Below are positions 39,096-52,294 of a stretch of DNA of 64,000 nucleotides, in pieces. Source of the stretch: Octopus vulgaris. Its lineage: Eukaryota. A model generated the notes under the pieces. That model was not told where the DNA came from. It saw only the letters and a program-made list of their open reading frames with translations, and did not search any database. The position numbers and the translations under genes are program-made. The number at the start of each line of letters is the position of its first letter. The first letter of the stretch is position 1. The DNA lies in the NCBI GenBank assembly GCA_951406725.2, contig OX597832.1:63736001-63800000 (forward strand). The letters are read 5' to 3'.

Positions 39096-40796
39096 AAGTG
39101 CTACATTTTTTTATAGGACCCAGTGCATTTATCAGCCCGGGGGTGGGGGATATAATTTTTGCTAAAACAGCTCTGCGTCGAACAAACTGCCCTGTATTTT
39201 TATTTGCTATCACTCTTGATGTTCTGAGTTCAAATGCCGCTAAGGTCAACCTTGTCTTTCATCCCTTCGGGGTCGATAGAATAAAGTACCAGTTTCCTTT
39301 AGAAAATGACATTTATCCAAGATGCCAAGCAAAGGGATCGAACCCAGGGCCGCGTGGTTGCGAAGCGATCCTCTTAATTATTCAGTCATATTACGATTAC
39401 AGACAGACATACTGATCTCTCTGTACACTCATATGTTCCTAAGTATGTACGTACGTATGTATACGACGGTCTTCCAGAGTTTCTGTCTACCAAATTTACT
39501 CTCAAGTCATATTTCTCTTTCTGGTTCCGACTAAAAACTGTTCAGAGATCACAACGAACTCACGTTCCTGAGGAGCGCTGTCACAGTTATGAGCAAGAAA
39601 AAAAATCATGGAGGAAATTATTGCACTTGTTTTAAATTCCTTGATAATAGTAATTAATTCAAGCAATTCTCTTGAGAATGCTTAAGTTGTACACAGTGAC
39701 GTCATAACTCACACCTTATCATCAGATTTTGCATTTTAATATAAGGCTATCTTCCCACAATTTTGACTCTGATGTTTTTGTGTTAAATTACTGTGCCCCA
39801 GCACTTTATCCGACTTTATTTCTTCATATATTACACAAAAATATTTTAATGAAATTTTGCCGAAATACTTTTTCGAGAGTGTGAATTATTTAATGTCGAT
39901 GTTTTAAAAATGTCTTGAAAAATAAAAGCGATATCAGACAAAGTAACGGAAATTGGTGATAAAATCAGGGTGAAAAGACATAATATAGTAGAAGACCCTC
40001 GTCCGAAGTACCACACAGTAGTACTGAACCCGAAACCACGTGATTATAAATCTTCACACGTTTAGTGTCTTATTTAATATACTAGTATATTATTCCATTA
40101 CGTTGTCATCACATCTCTTCTTTGTTATTCCAATTACTTTCCCCGTGTTCATTACACGACCCGTCACCATGAATTTGAATTAATGTCGTCCGCTGCTTTT
40201 TTGATGAGTAGATTGCTTTAAAGAATATTTATTTTCAGGTCAAATATAAATATTTTTTTGATCTCTTGAATGAAAGTCGTTCAACTTTTGTTTATGAATG
40301 CAACTTAAACTTATCATTATCTTCGTTAAATATCTATTAAACAGTTTTTATATAAAATTCAGATAAAAAGAAAATGGAAAATATCATAATAAAACTTCAA
40401 TAATTGTGTTATTTAATTATCCATAATGATGCTTCTTTACCCGAGACTTTTCTGATAAATTACTTTAAAATGCGCCTATTTTTGAAGTTTTCGTTTTTCA
40501 AAGATAAATTTCTGACAGTGTAGATAATAACTATGATGATAAAATTTAGGGGAAAATAAAAGCAAACCAATGCAGAGATTTTGGTGATTGTTCTCTTTTT
40601 GTTTTAAAAAAAATTTTTTTCTTATCCTGATTTTGTGTGTGTGTGTGTGTGTGTGTATACGATATATATATATAATTTCAGCAAAACAATTTAGATTCAA
40701 AAGAATATGGTACTTAACTTAGATGCACCAGAATTTTTTATGGTATTAACCATAAAATTACGTGGGGTGATTATAACCAAGAAGAAAGCAACAAGA

Positions 40797-40855
<59 letters not shown>

Positions 40856-41051
40856 TGACCGCGTGTGTATCGTTGGCGACTTTCTTTCTCTGTCTTCCCT
40901 TCCTTGGACCTTTCATTTTTTGGTTTCTGACGAAGAGCTCCGCTCGAAATGTTAAATCCTCCTCCTTTCTTTCCTTTCCCGAGCGTCCAATAACACTATA
41001 CTTGTTTCACGTCCTCGCGTTGTTGTGTTTTCTCTTTGTTTATGTTTGGAT

Positions 41052-41056
<5 letters not shown>
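40856..41056 (+). mobile_element. ~200-nt HHR-bearing element in (TA)n, copy 2
   Basis: Homologous to the reverse complement of 8924-9135; (TA)n on both sides. Confidence 0.8.
40922..40958 (+). ncRNA. Minimal type I hammerhead ribozyme (C-to-T change in stem III)
   Basis: ggttt-CTGACGA-a-gagc-tcc-gctc-GAAA-tg-T-T-aaatc. Confidence 0.72.
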
Positions 41057-41116
<60 letters not shown>

Positions 41117-41812
41117 TAGTTAGGAAGAAAACGAAAAAGATCCCCGCTCCCTCTTTGATGCTAGTTGTGAAGCTCTTACTGTATCTAACACTACAACAAT
41201 TTCAAAATATGTCGTTGAGCGCCAAAATCAAAGATGTTTCAACTGTGATTATCTCATCTTCCTCTGTATCAAGGGTTACATTTTAATATATGCGTATTTA
41301 AGACGGAGGGACATCTGTCTGTTGTGTTTAGCACGGCGAACGACGCGTATAGGTTCCTTTTATTGATAGTAGTGGTGGTGGGTAATTGATATGAATGATG
41401 GTGGTAGTATATATATCGATATTGGTGATAATGATGATGCGTCAGTTGTCTGACCTCACCCTAAACCCCGCTTTAAAAATTATCACTCCCCTCGTGTATT
41501 ATCACTTAAAAGTTCATCACCTCGAGATATTTCTCCTGTAGCATTTGATACTCTGCCAAAATTTGGTTAACGATTCTTCGCTGAATCCTAAACAATATTT
41601 CAAAACAGATGTCTTGAAAGACAAATGACTAGATCTATATAAGCCAGACAGATGGAGAAAAAGAAAACAAGTGTGTTTATATATATATATATATATATAT
41701 CAAGAATGAAGGGAGACATTGTCTCTAATTAAATGGCATACTACGCTGTTCAATGAAGTTTATAACTGAATTAAAATAAAAATGCCTTGTTGCAGAAATA
41801 GGGGAGATGGGT

Positions 41813-41856
<44 letters not shown>

Positions 41857-42189
41857 AGTATGAGGGGCATAGAGAGAGAAAAGTATGTGTAAATGAGAAA
41901 GAAATCGAGATTGAAAAAAAAACCAAAAATCAAAACAAAAGGACGTTAAATAGCTGGCTAGATTCAGATATTTGTTTCAAGATCATCGATACGATGCAGT
42001 TTAAAAGTAATTTCTGAGAGAGAGAGAGACACGGGTAGATTTGTAGGTAGATAAATCGATTGTTAGATATAGATAAATAAAAAGATAATTATCTATGAAT
42101 AGGTACATTTAAATACTACTAAAAAAAAGACTCATTTGATTCGAAAGTAGATATGTATTTATGTGTGTTTGTGTGTATATATGTATGTA

Positions 42190-42368
42190 TTCTTTTACTT
42201 GTTTCAGTCATTTGACTGTGGCCATGCAGGAGCACCGCCTTAAACGGTTTTAGTCAAGGAAATCGACCCCAGGACTTATTCTATCGGTCTCTTTTACTGA
42301 ATCGCTAACTTACGGGGACGTAAACACACCAACATCGGTTGTCAAGCGATGGTGGTTGTGACAAACAC

Positions 42369-42408
<40 letters not shown>

Positions 42409-42555
42409 CAGGCTTCTTTCAGTTTCCTTCTCCCAAACCCACTCACAAGGTCGGTCTGAAGCTACAGTAGAAGACACTTGCCCAAGGTGCTACGCAGTGA
42501 GACTGAACCCAGAACCATGTGGTTGGGAAGCAAGCTTCTTATCACACAACCACCT
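42190..42555 (-). mobile_element. SINE family A
   Basis: Homology to family A. Confidence 0.88.
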
Positions 42556-42909
42556 TGTATGTATGTATGTGTGTGCATTTGGTATAACAAACGGGATAAC
42601 TAGAACTCATATTTTAATATTTTTAATCGGTAGAGATTACAAGTTACTCAAGGGCCGAAAGTTTCGTACATAACACAGCTCAAACTGCCAGTTTGAGTGT
42701 CATGCACGAAACACTCCGTCGTGAAACGTAATACAACCTGTTTTTGTGCCACTTTGGCGTGTGATCTATAAGGGAGAATACTGTAGGATATATTTAGCAT
42801 TGTAAGTGTATTTTTTCAAAATGCTTACTATTTTAATAAGAAGAAAACCTCATCTCATTTATGTCTGAGTAAATAATAAGAAAACAAAAATAAACAATTT
42901 AATAATTAA

Positions 42910-43279
42910 AACAAGAGCACTCAGAGAGTGCAAACCTCCACCAAGGCAACACCAACGTCCTTTCAACGATTAGCCGGAGATGAACTTTTAAAAGGACAAA
43001 ATCTTAAATAAACTTGACTGCTCTCACAAACGAGAATATTAAAAATGAACCCGACAATTCTCAAAAATTAAGTAAGAAAACCAGAAATATAATCCAGAAC
43101 TCTTGTTCGGTACCGGATCGATCTCAAAATTTAATCAGTTCGTACCAGTCACGAGGCCAAATACCTCTGAATGTTTCATCTGAATCTATCCAACGGTTCT
43201 TGAGATATCCTGTCCACTGACAAACAAACAAACACGACTGAAAACAATACCTCCACCTTCGCTAAGACGGAGGTAATAA
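42910..43279 (-). mobile_element. Helentron-associated non-autonomous element (HINE/DINE-like)
   Basis: Reverse complement begins ttattacctccgtcttagcgaaggtggagg (5' hairpin), then (gttt)n, and ends ggtggaggtttgcactctctgagtgctcttgtt (subTIR + 3' hairpin). Confidence 0.8.
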
Positions 43280-44079
43280 GTACATAGATCACCCACCAAC
43301 GTAAATTTGGTCACGTAGATCACACGGCAAAGTAGCACAAAATAAATGAGAAAGTAAACTGCCTTTTAAATTGTAGCTCACAGGCCAAAGTGGCAACACC
43401 TATTTGCATGGTCGGGCTGTCGGCAACTAAACCACCACCACCAACAACAACATCACCAAGTATAACCCTAAACCTAACCCTAAATTTTTTTTCTTAATTG
43501 TTACGCGTGTAAAAAAAACAAAAACGAAAGCAATGGAAAATAATTAAAAAAATTAACAAACACTGGTTTTCGGATACCCAGCAGGATAAAAATCAAGATG
43601 TGTCAAAGGGCAAATGATTTCAGAAGGGTCACTAGCATTGTGATTTAGTACCCAGGTACGAATTTAACTTACCAGGATGGGTCGGGCTCCAAACCGTGGC
43701 AAAGGCACCTAATCGGTGAAAGAGAGAACTACAACTTTAACACGAAATAACTTCTAAAATACGAAATGTTGTAAAAAATGTTGAAAGTAAACCGTGTTCT
43801 GCGTGAGAAATCACACCAGTATACGAAGTTTCAAACTGTTAAAAAAAAAAAAAATTCTGTGAGCCATACTGAACAGATCCGAAAATCCTGAGATATTTTG
43901 TTCGGTGAGTTTGTAGTAAACTTTAATGCTTTCAGTATTTCCAAAAAGGCTGCGACTGGTCCTTTGCGTAAACCTTCGCCACTGGAAATCTGTGGATAAT
44001 TTAACAGCTGAGTGTTGGGCCTTCATAGGTCGAAACTGACGGGAGAATCCAGTATTTTAAAAAAAAATATATTTTTTTT

Positions 44080-44725
44080 ACTTGTTTCATTACATTGCAG
44101 TCATGCTTTGATGGGTTTTAGTCATACTTATTCAATCCCCCTCTTTTGCTTTACCGCTAGGTTACGTGGATGTAAACAAGCCCACACTGGTTGTCAAGTG
44201 GTGTGCAGGGCACGCGCGCGCGCACACGCACTCTGGCTTCCGCAGTTTTCGTCCACCAAATTCACCCATAAGGCACTGCTTGGCCCAAGGCTACAGTAAA
44301 AGACACGTATCTTTTCGGTTTGAACGGCAGTTTTTAAAATAATTTCTTTGTAACTAAAAAAATTTAAACTTCGTATACTGGTAGAATGTGTTTATAAAAC
44401 ATCTTTTTCTCTTGGCTTTATTGAGAAAATTCTATAGTTTGTAAGATATTTGTTGTTTTTCTTCAATTTCTGCAATTTCAACCAATCAATGTCATCTATT
44501 GAGGTAAAAAAAGCATTCTGTGCCGTATGAAACAGATTGGGTTTATTTACATTTGTGAAGAAAAAAAGATACCCTTTCCCCTAACCTTAACCCTAAAACA
44601 GATTAAAATGCAATAGATCGATACTAGGGTCATAATTATGGGTGACAATTTCATATGACACAGCTAGAAAAAACTGCTGTTCAAACCAAAAAGATCCAAA
44701 GACACTTGCCCGAGGTGCCGCGCAA
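44080..44725 (-). mobile_element. Degenerate SINE family A interrupted by a MITE
   Basis: SINE motif ggctacagtaaaagacac…ttgcccgaggtgcc is split at the MITE. Confidence 0.75.
44307..44697. mobile_element. MITE with ~29-bp TIRs and 8-bp TSD
   Basis: TIR gtatcttttcggtttgaacggcagttttt / aaaaactgctgttcaaaccaaaaagatcc; perfect TSD aaagacac (44299-44306, 44698-44705). Confidence 0.9.
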
Positions 44726-45302
44726 GATGTTGTCCAAGTTTCCACATTTCCCATTCTCACACATTTCCCTACTCTTCCCCCACCTCAACACTCTCTTAAC
44801 TTTGACTTATTTCTCTCTTTCCTCTCTCTCCTCTCTCATTAACATATATCAACGCCACTTCTCTCTTGCTTTTCTCGTAACACATTTACCCACCTCGCAC
44901 TTTTACTTAACCTCTCATAGACACATTTACCGCTTTCACTCATCTCCTACCTCCACGCATAATCTGTCTCTCTCACTTACATATACCTTCGCTCGTAATC
45001 TCTCTTATATAGTTCACACTGGGAAATCGTAAATAAAATTACTTCAGTATTTATTCAAAAATGTTGAGGATTTCATTGTTCTTTTCTACATATAACATGT
45101 ATTTACAAAAATTTATTCCAAACCGTAACATTTTCCCTCATTTTACACTTCAATATTCTCTCTCTCACTAATAATCTACCTCCTACTCTCTCGATCTTAC
45201 TGTTTATCTCCTACTCTTTCTATCGTTTCAATCCAACTGTTGCATCGGTTATAGAAAATGGAGGTGGTAGGAGGAGGAAGCGAGAAAAAAAAATCGAGAC
45301 TC

Positions 45303-45314
45303 GATGACGTCATC
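45303..45314. promoter_or_regulatory. Perfect CRE/ATF palindrome GATGACGTCATC in a CpG-rich candidate promoter
   Basis: 12-bp palindrome next to gcgcggcg, about 0.5 kb from the start of the CpG-depleted domain. Confidence 0.4.
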
Positions 45315-46212
45315 AGTTTGCGCGGCGACATTTGATTGATAGCAACTTTTACTGTGATTTCCGAAAAAAAAAAAAAAGAAAAAAAGAAAAACCAGTAACA
45401 CACCACGTACACAGTCTCTCACACGTACACACACTTTCTCTCTTTGACATACATCAGAATCGAACATACATTATCTTTCACAAATAAACACATGTCGCAA
45501 ACACACACAATACACTCACACATAGATACTTAACAGGAAAATAAAAAACAAAAACACAAAAGCACGTAACACATACACTTTTATAATAAACACTAACACG
45601 TACACATACATTTACACACGCTCATTGTAAATAAACACACACGGTCGACAATACACATATTCACGCAATATGTCGTCATCTGTTCATTCATATCGTGACT
45701 TCATCAATAACCTTGAGACAATTAAGGCGCTGCTACAATGTAGTTCTGTGTAATTATGTAAGATCGTAAGTGAGTATATCAACGATGTATTTTATCATCT
45801 TAACGTCCACTTTTCCATGCTTGCATGGGTCAGACGGAATTTGAGGTAGATTTTCTACAGCCAGACGCCCTTCCTGTTGTCAACCTTCACCTGTTTCCAA
45901 GCGAGGTAATATTTCCCCATGACTAAACATTTTTTTTTTACAAGAAATAAGCAGCAGCACTTGAATGACGGAGATGATCACTTACAACTATTGCCAAGAC
46001 AAGAGTACAAACACACACAGCAACTTTCCTTCAGTTTCCATCCACCAAATCCTCTCACATGTGGTTTGGTTTGTCTGGGGCTGTAGTAGAAGACACTTGC
46101 TCAGTGTGTTTGCACAGTGAGACTGAACCCAAAAGCCCACGGTTGGGAAGCAAACTTAACCACACAGCCAAGACTGAACCTGTGTGTGTGTGTAGAGCTA
46201 GTCAGTCTAGAG

Positions 46213-46406
46213 CAGGGATGGGCAATTTTTCCTCAACTGAGGGCCACATCATACCATTTCGAAGTGGGAGAGGGCCACATGATAAAACACATGTATGAAG
46301 TATTACTTGCATTACACTGAATTTTTTTGAAGTTCTTCTTAATTTTGTCTTAGTAGGAAATTATTAACCTAGAAACTCTTCGAGGGCCACAGGTTGCCCA
46401 AGCGCA
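46213..46406. mobile_element. hAT (Charlie-like) MITE
   Basis: cagggatgggcaa … gttgccca; gagggccaca subterminal repeats; TSD gtctagag/gtcgagag. Confidence 0.65.
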
Positions 46407-46683
46407 GTCGAGAGCATACAGCCTCCTTAAGCTGAAACCTGTCTTGATTTCCAGGGTGTTTTGGTGATGGATAGTACCTGACTCACACCAGAATGAGATG
46501 TTAATCTGATGTGTGGTTAACCCCACCCCACCACTCCAGTTGTTGCTGGCAATCAGTTTTAGCTTGGTGTTTGGGAGCAGCCTGAAAGGGAGTACTTTGC
46601 TCAAGAATACCAAGTAATACTGATTTTAGGGAACTGAACCCATGATTTTCTGATTGGGAGTCCAACTATATATATATATATGA

Positions 46684-47071
46684 GGTAGACCCAGGAAGAC
46701 CTGGGATGGGGTGGTGAAGTATGACCTTCAAACGTTGGGCCTCACAGAGGCAATGACATGCAACTGAGACCTCTGGAGATATGTTGTGCTTGAGAAGACC
46801 CGGTAAGCCAAGTGAGATTGTAGCGGTGGCCTATGCCAGTGTTGTATAACAGGCCCATTTAACAGTTCCCTTCAGTTGTTGGGCAATATGCGGTGCTTGA
46901 GAAGACCTGTTGAGTCAAGTGAAATCATTGTCCTGGCTGATGCCAGGAAGGGTAACCAGCTACAGAAACCTTGCTAGATCAGATTGGAGCTTGGTGCAGC
47001 CTTCTGGCTTGCCAGTCCTCCGTTCAACCCATGCCAGCATGGAAAGCAGATGTTAAACGATGATGATGATT
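46684..47071 (+). mobile_element. RTE LINE 3' end with (GAT)n tail
   Basis: Encodes GRPRKTWDGVVKYDLQTLGLTEAMTCN*DLWRYVVLEKTR*, then a 3' UTR ending catgccagcatggaaagcagatgttaaacgatgatgat. Confidence 0.82.
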
Positions 47072-47085
47072 GCATGTGTGTGTCT

Positions 47086-47330
47086 GATGGCATGTGGCCT
47101 ACAGGTTGTTGCAGTCACAATTGCAAGAACATAGTTTTGATTCCCAGACTGGCATTATATTGTTTTCTTAACAGGAAATGGGTAACCTTGCAAAGGACAA
47201 GCACCCTGTTCAAGGAAAATAATTGGCCTGTCTGTTTAGCCAGTGGAATGGCATCGTTTGAAAACTAGGACAATGCAAAAAATCGCATTTTGACCAGTGG
47301 TTTAGCTGATAGTCTGGTTGATACAGTGAC
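47086..47330 (+). mobile_element. Degenerate tRNA-headed SINE carrying the structured tail also seen at 13015-13124
   Basis: Head ggcatgtggccta…gattcccag; tail tggcctgtctgtttagccag…acaatgc…gaccag…ctggtt. Confidence 0.55.
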
Positions 47331-47366
47331 ATATATATGCAGACACTTGTGTGTGTGTGTGTGTGT

Positions 47367-47403
<37 letters not shown>

Positions 47404-47479
47404 GCCCTACCTGGCATTTGGACAAAGTGATATGTAAGTTGGACTTCATGGTGTGATTTTTATTAAGCAGACACTAATG

Positions 47480-47687
47480 CCCTTTAGTATTTAAACTGGC
47501 CCAAATATTGTACCTGTTTTGTGTTGAAACTGGGCAGATCCAGCCTCTCACACCTACCCTACAATGTCATTCTAAAAATAAAGTCATGCTTTGAAAATCT
47601 TGAAGTTACAAGATACTCCATGATTAATTTTAAAAACTGGGGCTGAATAAGAATTATGTTTGATGAATTAATCTGAATTCTAAAGGG
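47480..47687. mobile_element. piggyBac-like MITE (copy 2)
   Basis: ccctttagtatt … aattctaaaggg|TTAA; homologous to 225-417. Confidence 0.7.
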
Positions 47688-49070
47688 TTAAAGCTATCTG
47701 TAGATAGTGTGGTAGGACCACATGTTTTTGCAAAAATTTAGCTACAGTGATGTTAGAATTTAGAATCTGCTCAGTGGAGATATAGACAGACACAAAAAAG
47801 ATACCTTAAATATGTATGGACATTATATGGAAACCAGGAATATAAGAGCAGTAACATTCCTGGCAGAGAAAAATATTTGGCAAATATCTTACTAAAGTTT
47901 GCATGAAAATAAAAATGGTAACTGATGAACTTGGAGAAGAACACGAAGTGAAAGGTGACCCAACTGTCTCCCATCTTCCTCTCCAGCTCTTTCTTGCTTC
48001 TCCCCACTCTCTCTCTCTCTCTCTCTCTCACAGGATCATTGGATACTCTCAATACAACAACAAAGATAACTAGATAAATAAAATATTGCTGTTCCCAGAG
48101 AAGGTTGTACACAGCTTCTTGAAATTATAAACACAAACCATTAAGGGAATAAAACACTAAAAGTCATGTTGGTATAGGTCAAAGTGAGTAGGTGAGAGGA
48201 TGGATCCTTGTGGTACTCCACCCTGGAAACTGCAGGGTCTGGAAGTGCTGTTTTTGTACAATACAAAGGCTCTTGTGGCCTGACAGGTAGTTTGCTTAGC
48301 AGCAGTTTGTGTTGTTCTTAATACTTATTCTATGGGAACCAAATATAGTCAGTTCCATGCATTGGGGACACAGGAACTGAGTTAATTTGCTTTTAACAGT
48401 GGGGTATTTTCCAGACTTCTCCACATTTCATATGATGTAGTATGTACATTTTATTTTCACAGGCCAATAGAAAGAGGTTGCAAGAGCTGATTTGCATAAG
48501 ATTTACATATTGCAAGAACTGATTTGCATTTGATTTACATATTACATCACCATCAAAAATTTAATCAGTGCAATGAGGGTTATGGTTGAGTATATTTCAT
48601 GCTAATGGATAATGAGAAATGAAGTGGGGAACCTTGCTGAAGCTATAGTGTATTCTCCATGTGAGGTTTGTGGATGGCATGCTGGTTGAGTGAACTTATC
48701 TGAATCCTTGTTATATTATGAGGTGTGAAGGATTTGTGGATTAGTGATATCAAGGATTAACCTAAATAGCAAGGTGAGGTGGATGTTTGATGTTACTTTA
48801 CTTGGGGTTTCATTAGGTTTTAGAATTATTATAATTTTGTCCAGGTTCCAGATTCTGAGACATACAGAAGGAACAGACCAATACTGAAAGTCAGGCATGG
48901 AACATTGATTAACTTATCTTCAAGATTATCTGCACTCAATCTAGGAATAAGAAATCTTTAAACACATTCAAAACAAGATTGTAAAGAAGCTTACTGATAC
49001 CTTCTTGGTGGGGGTAGTTGTGGATGTCGGTGGGTGTAGGGATTCCTTTAGGCCCCAAAAGGTTTTAAGG

Positions 49071-49372
49071 CAGTGGCGGATGGCCAGGTTGCCAGCTTGC
49101 CCGATGGAAAGTGGGCCCCTGCGCCATTAGAATCAATATGTTAGTATCTAAGAGGCCCATCCTCTCAAGTTTGAGAATTTTTTATTCACTCCTGGAAGAA
49201 TGCATTATTTCAGCCTGGATGTGTTTGTAGACAGTTGAAAAGAATACTTTTAACAAAAAAAAAAAAAAGAAAAAAAAATGATAGCATTGTAGTTGTGGGT
49301 GTGCCCCCTTGTAGTTGCGAGTGGGCCCCCTTAGTCCTGGCAACCAATATTTTTGAACTGATTCTGCCACTA
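49071..49372. mobile_element. hAT-like MITE
   Basis: TIR cagtggcggat / ttctgccacta, gggccc subterminal motifs, imperfect 8-bp TSD ttttaagg/gttttagg. Confidence 0.6.
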
Positions 49373-50039
49373 GTTTTAGGTGCTCTGAGGCTTTAGAATT
49401 CTTACATTTCCAATTTTATTTTTGTATTTGATGGAAGAAACGGGTTAAGATTTTTTTTTTCATTCTGTCTGTTTTTTAGCAGGTGCTTTTAAAGAAATGT
49501 TTAATGTTCACTTGGCATTATAGTTTAGGTTTATTATTGTTACAAGAAGTGTGCTGTAACAGTTGTTGTTGTTGTTGATACTAATTACTCTATATTGTTT
49601 TTTTTACTGCTTGTTTTGGTGTTTATGTTAGATGCAAATGTTTACAAAATTTTTCTTCCTTTCAAATTTCTCATTTCTTTGTCAAGTTCTTTGATGTCGA
49701 GTTTAATTTCAGTTGTATGCTTTTGGTATATTATTCCATGTTGTCTAGTTTTTGTGGTTAACTATTCATGGTGTATAATCAGGGTTGTATTTTTTATATA
49801 TTACAAGCCATCTCACACAACCACCCTGACTCTTATGTGAAGTTACCTTGAATTTAACATGCTTTAGTGCACTAAATGCTTTTTTCCTGAATATGCACCA
49901 CTGTCATCAAATACAGTATGTTTTTTTGGATGCTTCTAATTATTTAGTTGAATGCATGTAATTAGGTGTCTATATTGGTGATTGTAGATTGGTAGTGTGT
50001 TTATACAAGATCCTTGTATCTCTATTGATTCAGCATTTT

Positions 50040-50430
50040 GGGTGTGCGGTAAGAAGCTTGCTTCCCAACCACATGGTTCTTCCGGGTTCAGTCACACTGT
50101 GTGGCACCTGGGACAAGTGTCTTCTACTATAGTTTCAGGCCAATTAAAGCCTTGTGAGTAGATTTGGTAGACAGAAACTGAAAGAAGTTCTCTCTCTCTC
50201 TCTCTCTTTCTATATATATATATATATCTGTGAGCCTGTGTTTGTTCCCCCACCATCACTTCATAACCAATGTTGGTGTGTTTATGTTCCCGAAACTTAG
50301 CGGTTCAGTAAAAGAGACCGATAAAATAAGTACTAGGCTTACAAAGAATAAGTCCAGGGGTTGATTTCTTCGACTAAAGGTGGTGCTCCAGCATGACTGC
50401 AGTCAAATGACTGAAACATGTAAAAGAGTA
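50040..50430 (+). mobile_element. SINE family A (CpG-decayed)
   Basis: Homology to family A. Confidence 0.9.
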
Positions 50431-51727
50431 AACCAGAGGAGAGAGATTGGGTTGAGCATTTGCGATCATAATGGTGTTGAATGAAAACCCTGATGCAATG
50501 GAACCTCAGTTTCCAAATTCAATTTGTTCCTGAAGGCCATTCAACACCTGAAATGTTCATGAATTGAAACTATTCCCCCTTCCCCCATAGGAATTTCAAG
50601 AGAATGCACAGCAAATTCAAGCCAGGATGTGCACTAAATGAAAGCTGAACACCAACTGATGCTCTCCTGCTGATACTCTCATGATGCAATCCCTGTGTCC
50701 CTGGATCCTGCCAAACCATTCGACCCATGTCAGTATGAAACCTGAATGCCAAATGATGATGTGTCTACCTATCTGTATGTGTACTTATTTGTAGGATCTT
50801 CCACTGGCTTTGACAGTATGTGTTCAGTTGTCTAACAACTAAATTATTTGCCCAGTGCAAGTGGCTGAATATTCCACAGACCCATCCATCATTAACATAA
50901 TCTTCAGGTAGAATCAACATGACATAATGTGAGACAAGGTTGGTTCGATGAAATGGCCATGCTTTTCTGAAGAGGTCTAATGAAATCAAAACAAGTCTAG
51001 AATTGTCCCCACATTGCTAAAGATCAAATACATTCTAATTAATTAATTTGAATTATAAATTCAGGGTTGTCTACTTTGTTTTTCTTCACCGGAATTACTC
51101 ATTTAAAAAAATAATTTGCTCCCACCATATGTTGTAATTTCAATTAAAATAATTTGGATTGTTGATTCAAATATGTTGGTGTCCCCTACATTTTTAAACA
51201 TGTCCCCCCCCACACACACTGTGTTACAATTTGTAAACAAGAAGAGCATAGGATTTAATACACACACACACTTACATGGGTTTGGTAGAACAATCAGAGG
51301 AAATGGTAAAGCGTCTAAACTCTTGTATTGAGTTCTATTTTAACTTTCTGCTAATTAAAGATGTGTGTGTTTAGAGCAAATAAGAGAAATACAACTCAAT
51401 GTATGAGAATATAAACTTTATTTTTAACTTTCTACGAATTATAATATGTCCATATATATGTGTGTATATATGTATGTGCATGCATGTGTGTGTATATGTG
51501 TGTGTGTATATGTATAAATATGTGTATGTATATATAGCCTTATTAATTCATGTGTGAACATACTTGCATACACACACACACACACTGAGGAATTGGCTGT
51601 TACTCAAGTTTTACCATTCTGCGATCAGCAGAACAATCACAGAGCATGAAGCTCAAATAGCAACCACAGCTTTAGTTGTTATATATATATATATACACAT
51701 ACATACATACATACATACATACATACA

Positions 51728-51945
51728 CAGGGTGCGGCGAATATATTGTCTAAATTATGCAAAAATGAAAATAACACTGACATCTCATTTTACCTGATAA
51801 ATTTACTAAAATTACATAAAATTATCATGAAATACTGAAGAGTAAATTTAGTCAATAAAATCACCATTGGCTTCAACCACAGCCAATCAAAAACAATACC
51901 TGTGCACAAAATTAAAAATATAAAATGGTGGCAATTTACCCATCG
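51728..51945. mobile_element. Tc1/mariner-type MITE remnant
   Basis: cagggtgcggcggaatatattg versus caatttacccatcg at the other end; degenerate. Confidence 0.4.
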
Positions 51946-52294
51946 TGTGTGTGTTCTGCATATGCATGTCTATTGTAGATTACTAAAACAAATAAAGTAA
52001 GGAACCTGCTTGACAAATATATCAGGAATAATTTGAATATTCGGTTAGGAGTCAAGAGGCTTCAGTTTTTTTCTAGTTATACACTGTGGTACAAGCATGG
52101 CTGTGTGGTTAACAGGTTTGCTTTGAAACTATGTGGTATTGGGTTCAGTCCCACTGTGTAGCAACCTGGGCAAGTGTCTTTTGCTGTAGCTCTGGTCTAA
52201 TCAAAGCCTTGTGAGAAGATGTGATAGATGGAAACTGAAAGAAACCTGTCCTTTATCTATCTATCTATCTATACATACACACATACATACTTAC

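Noticed and set aside
43462-43483. Interstitial telomere (TAACCC-like repeats; also ~44580-44596)
   Set aside because: Only 2-3 imperfect units, internal to MITE-like elements.
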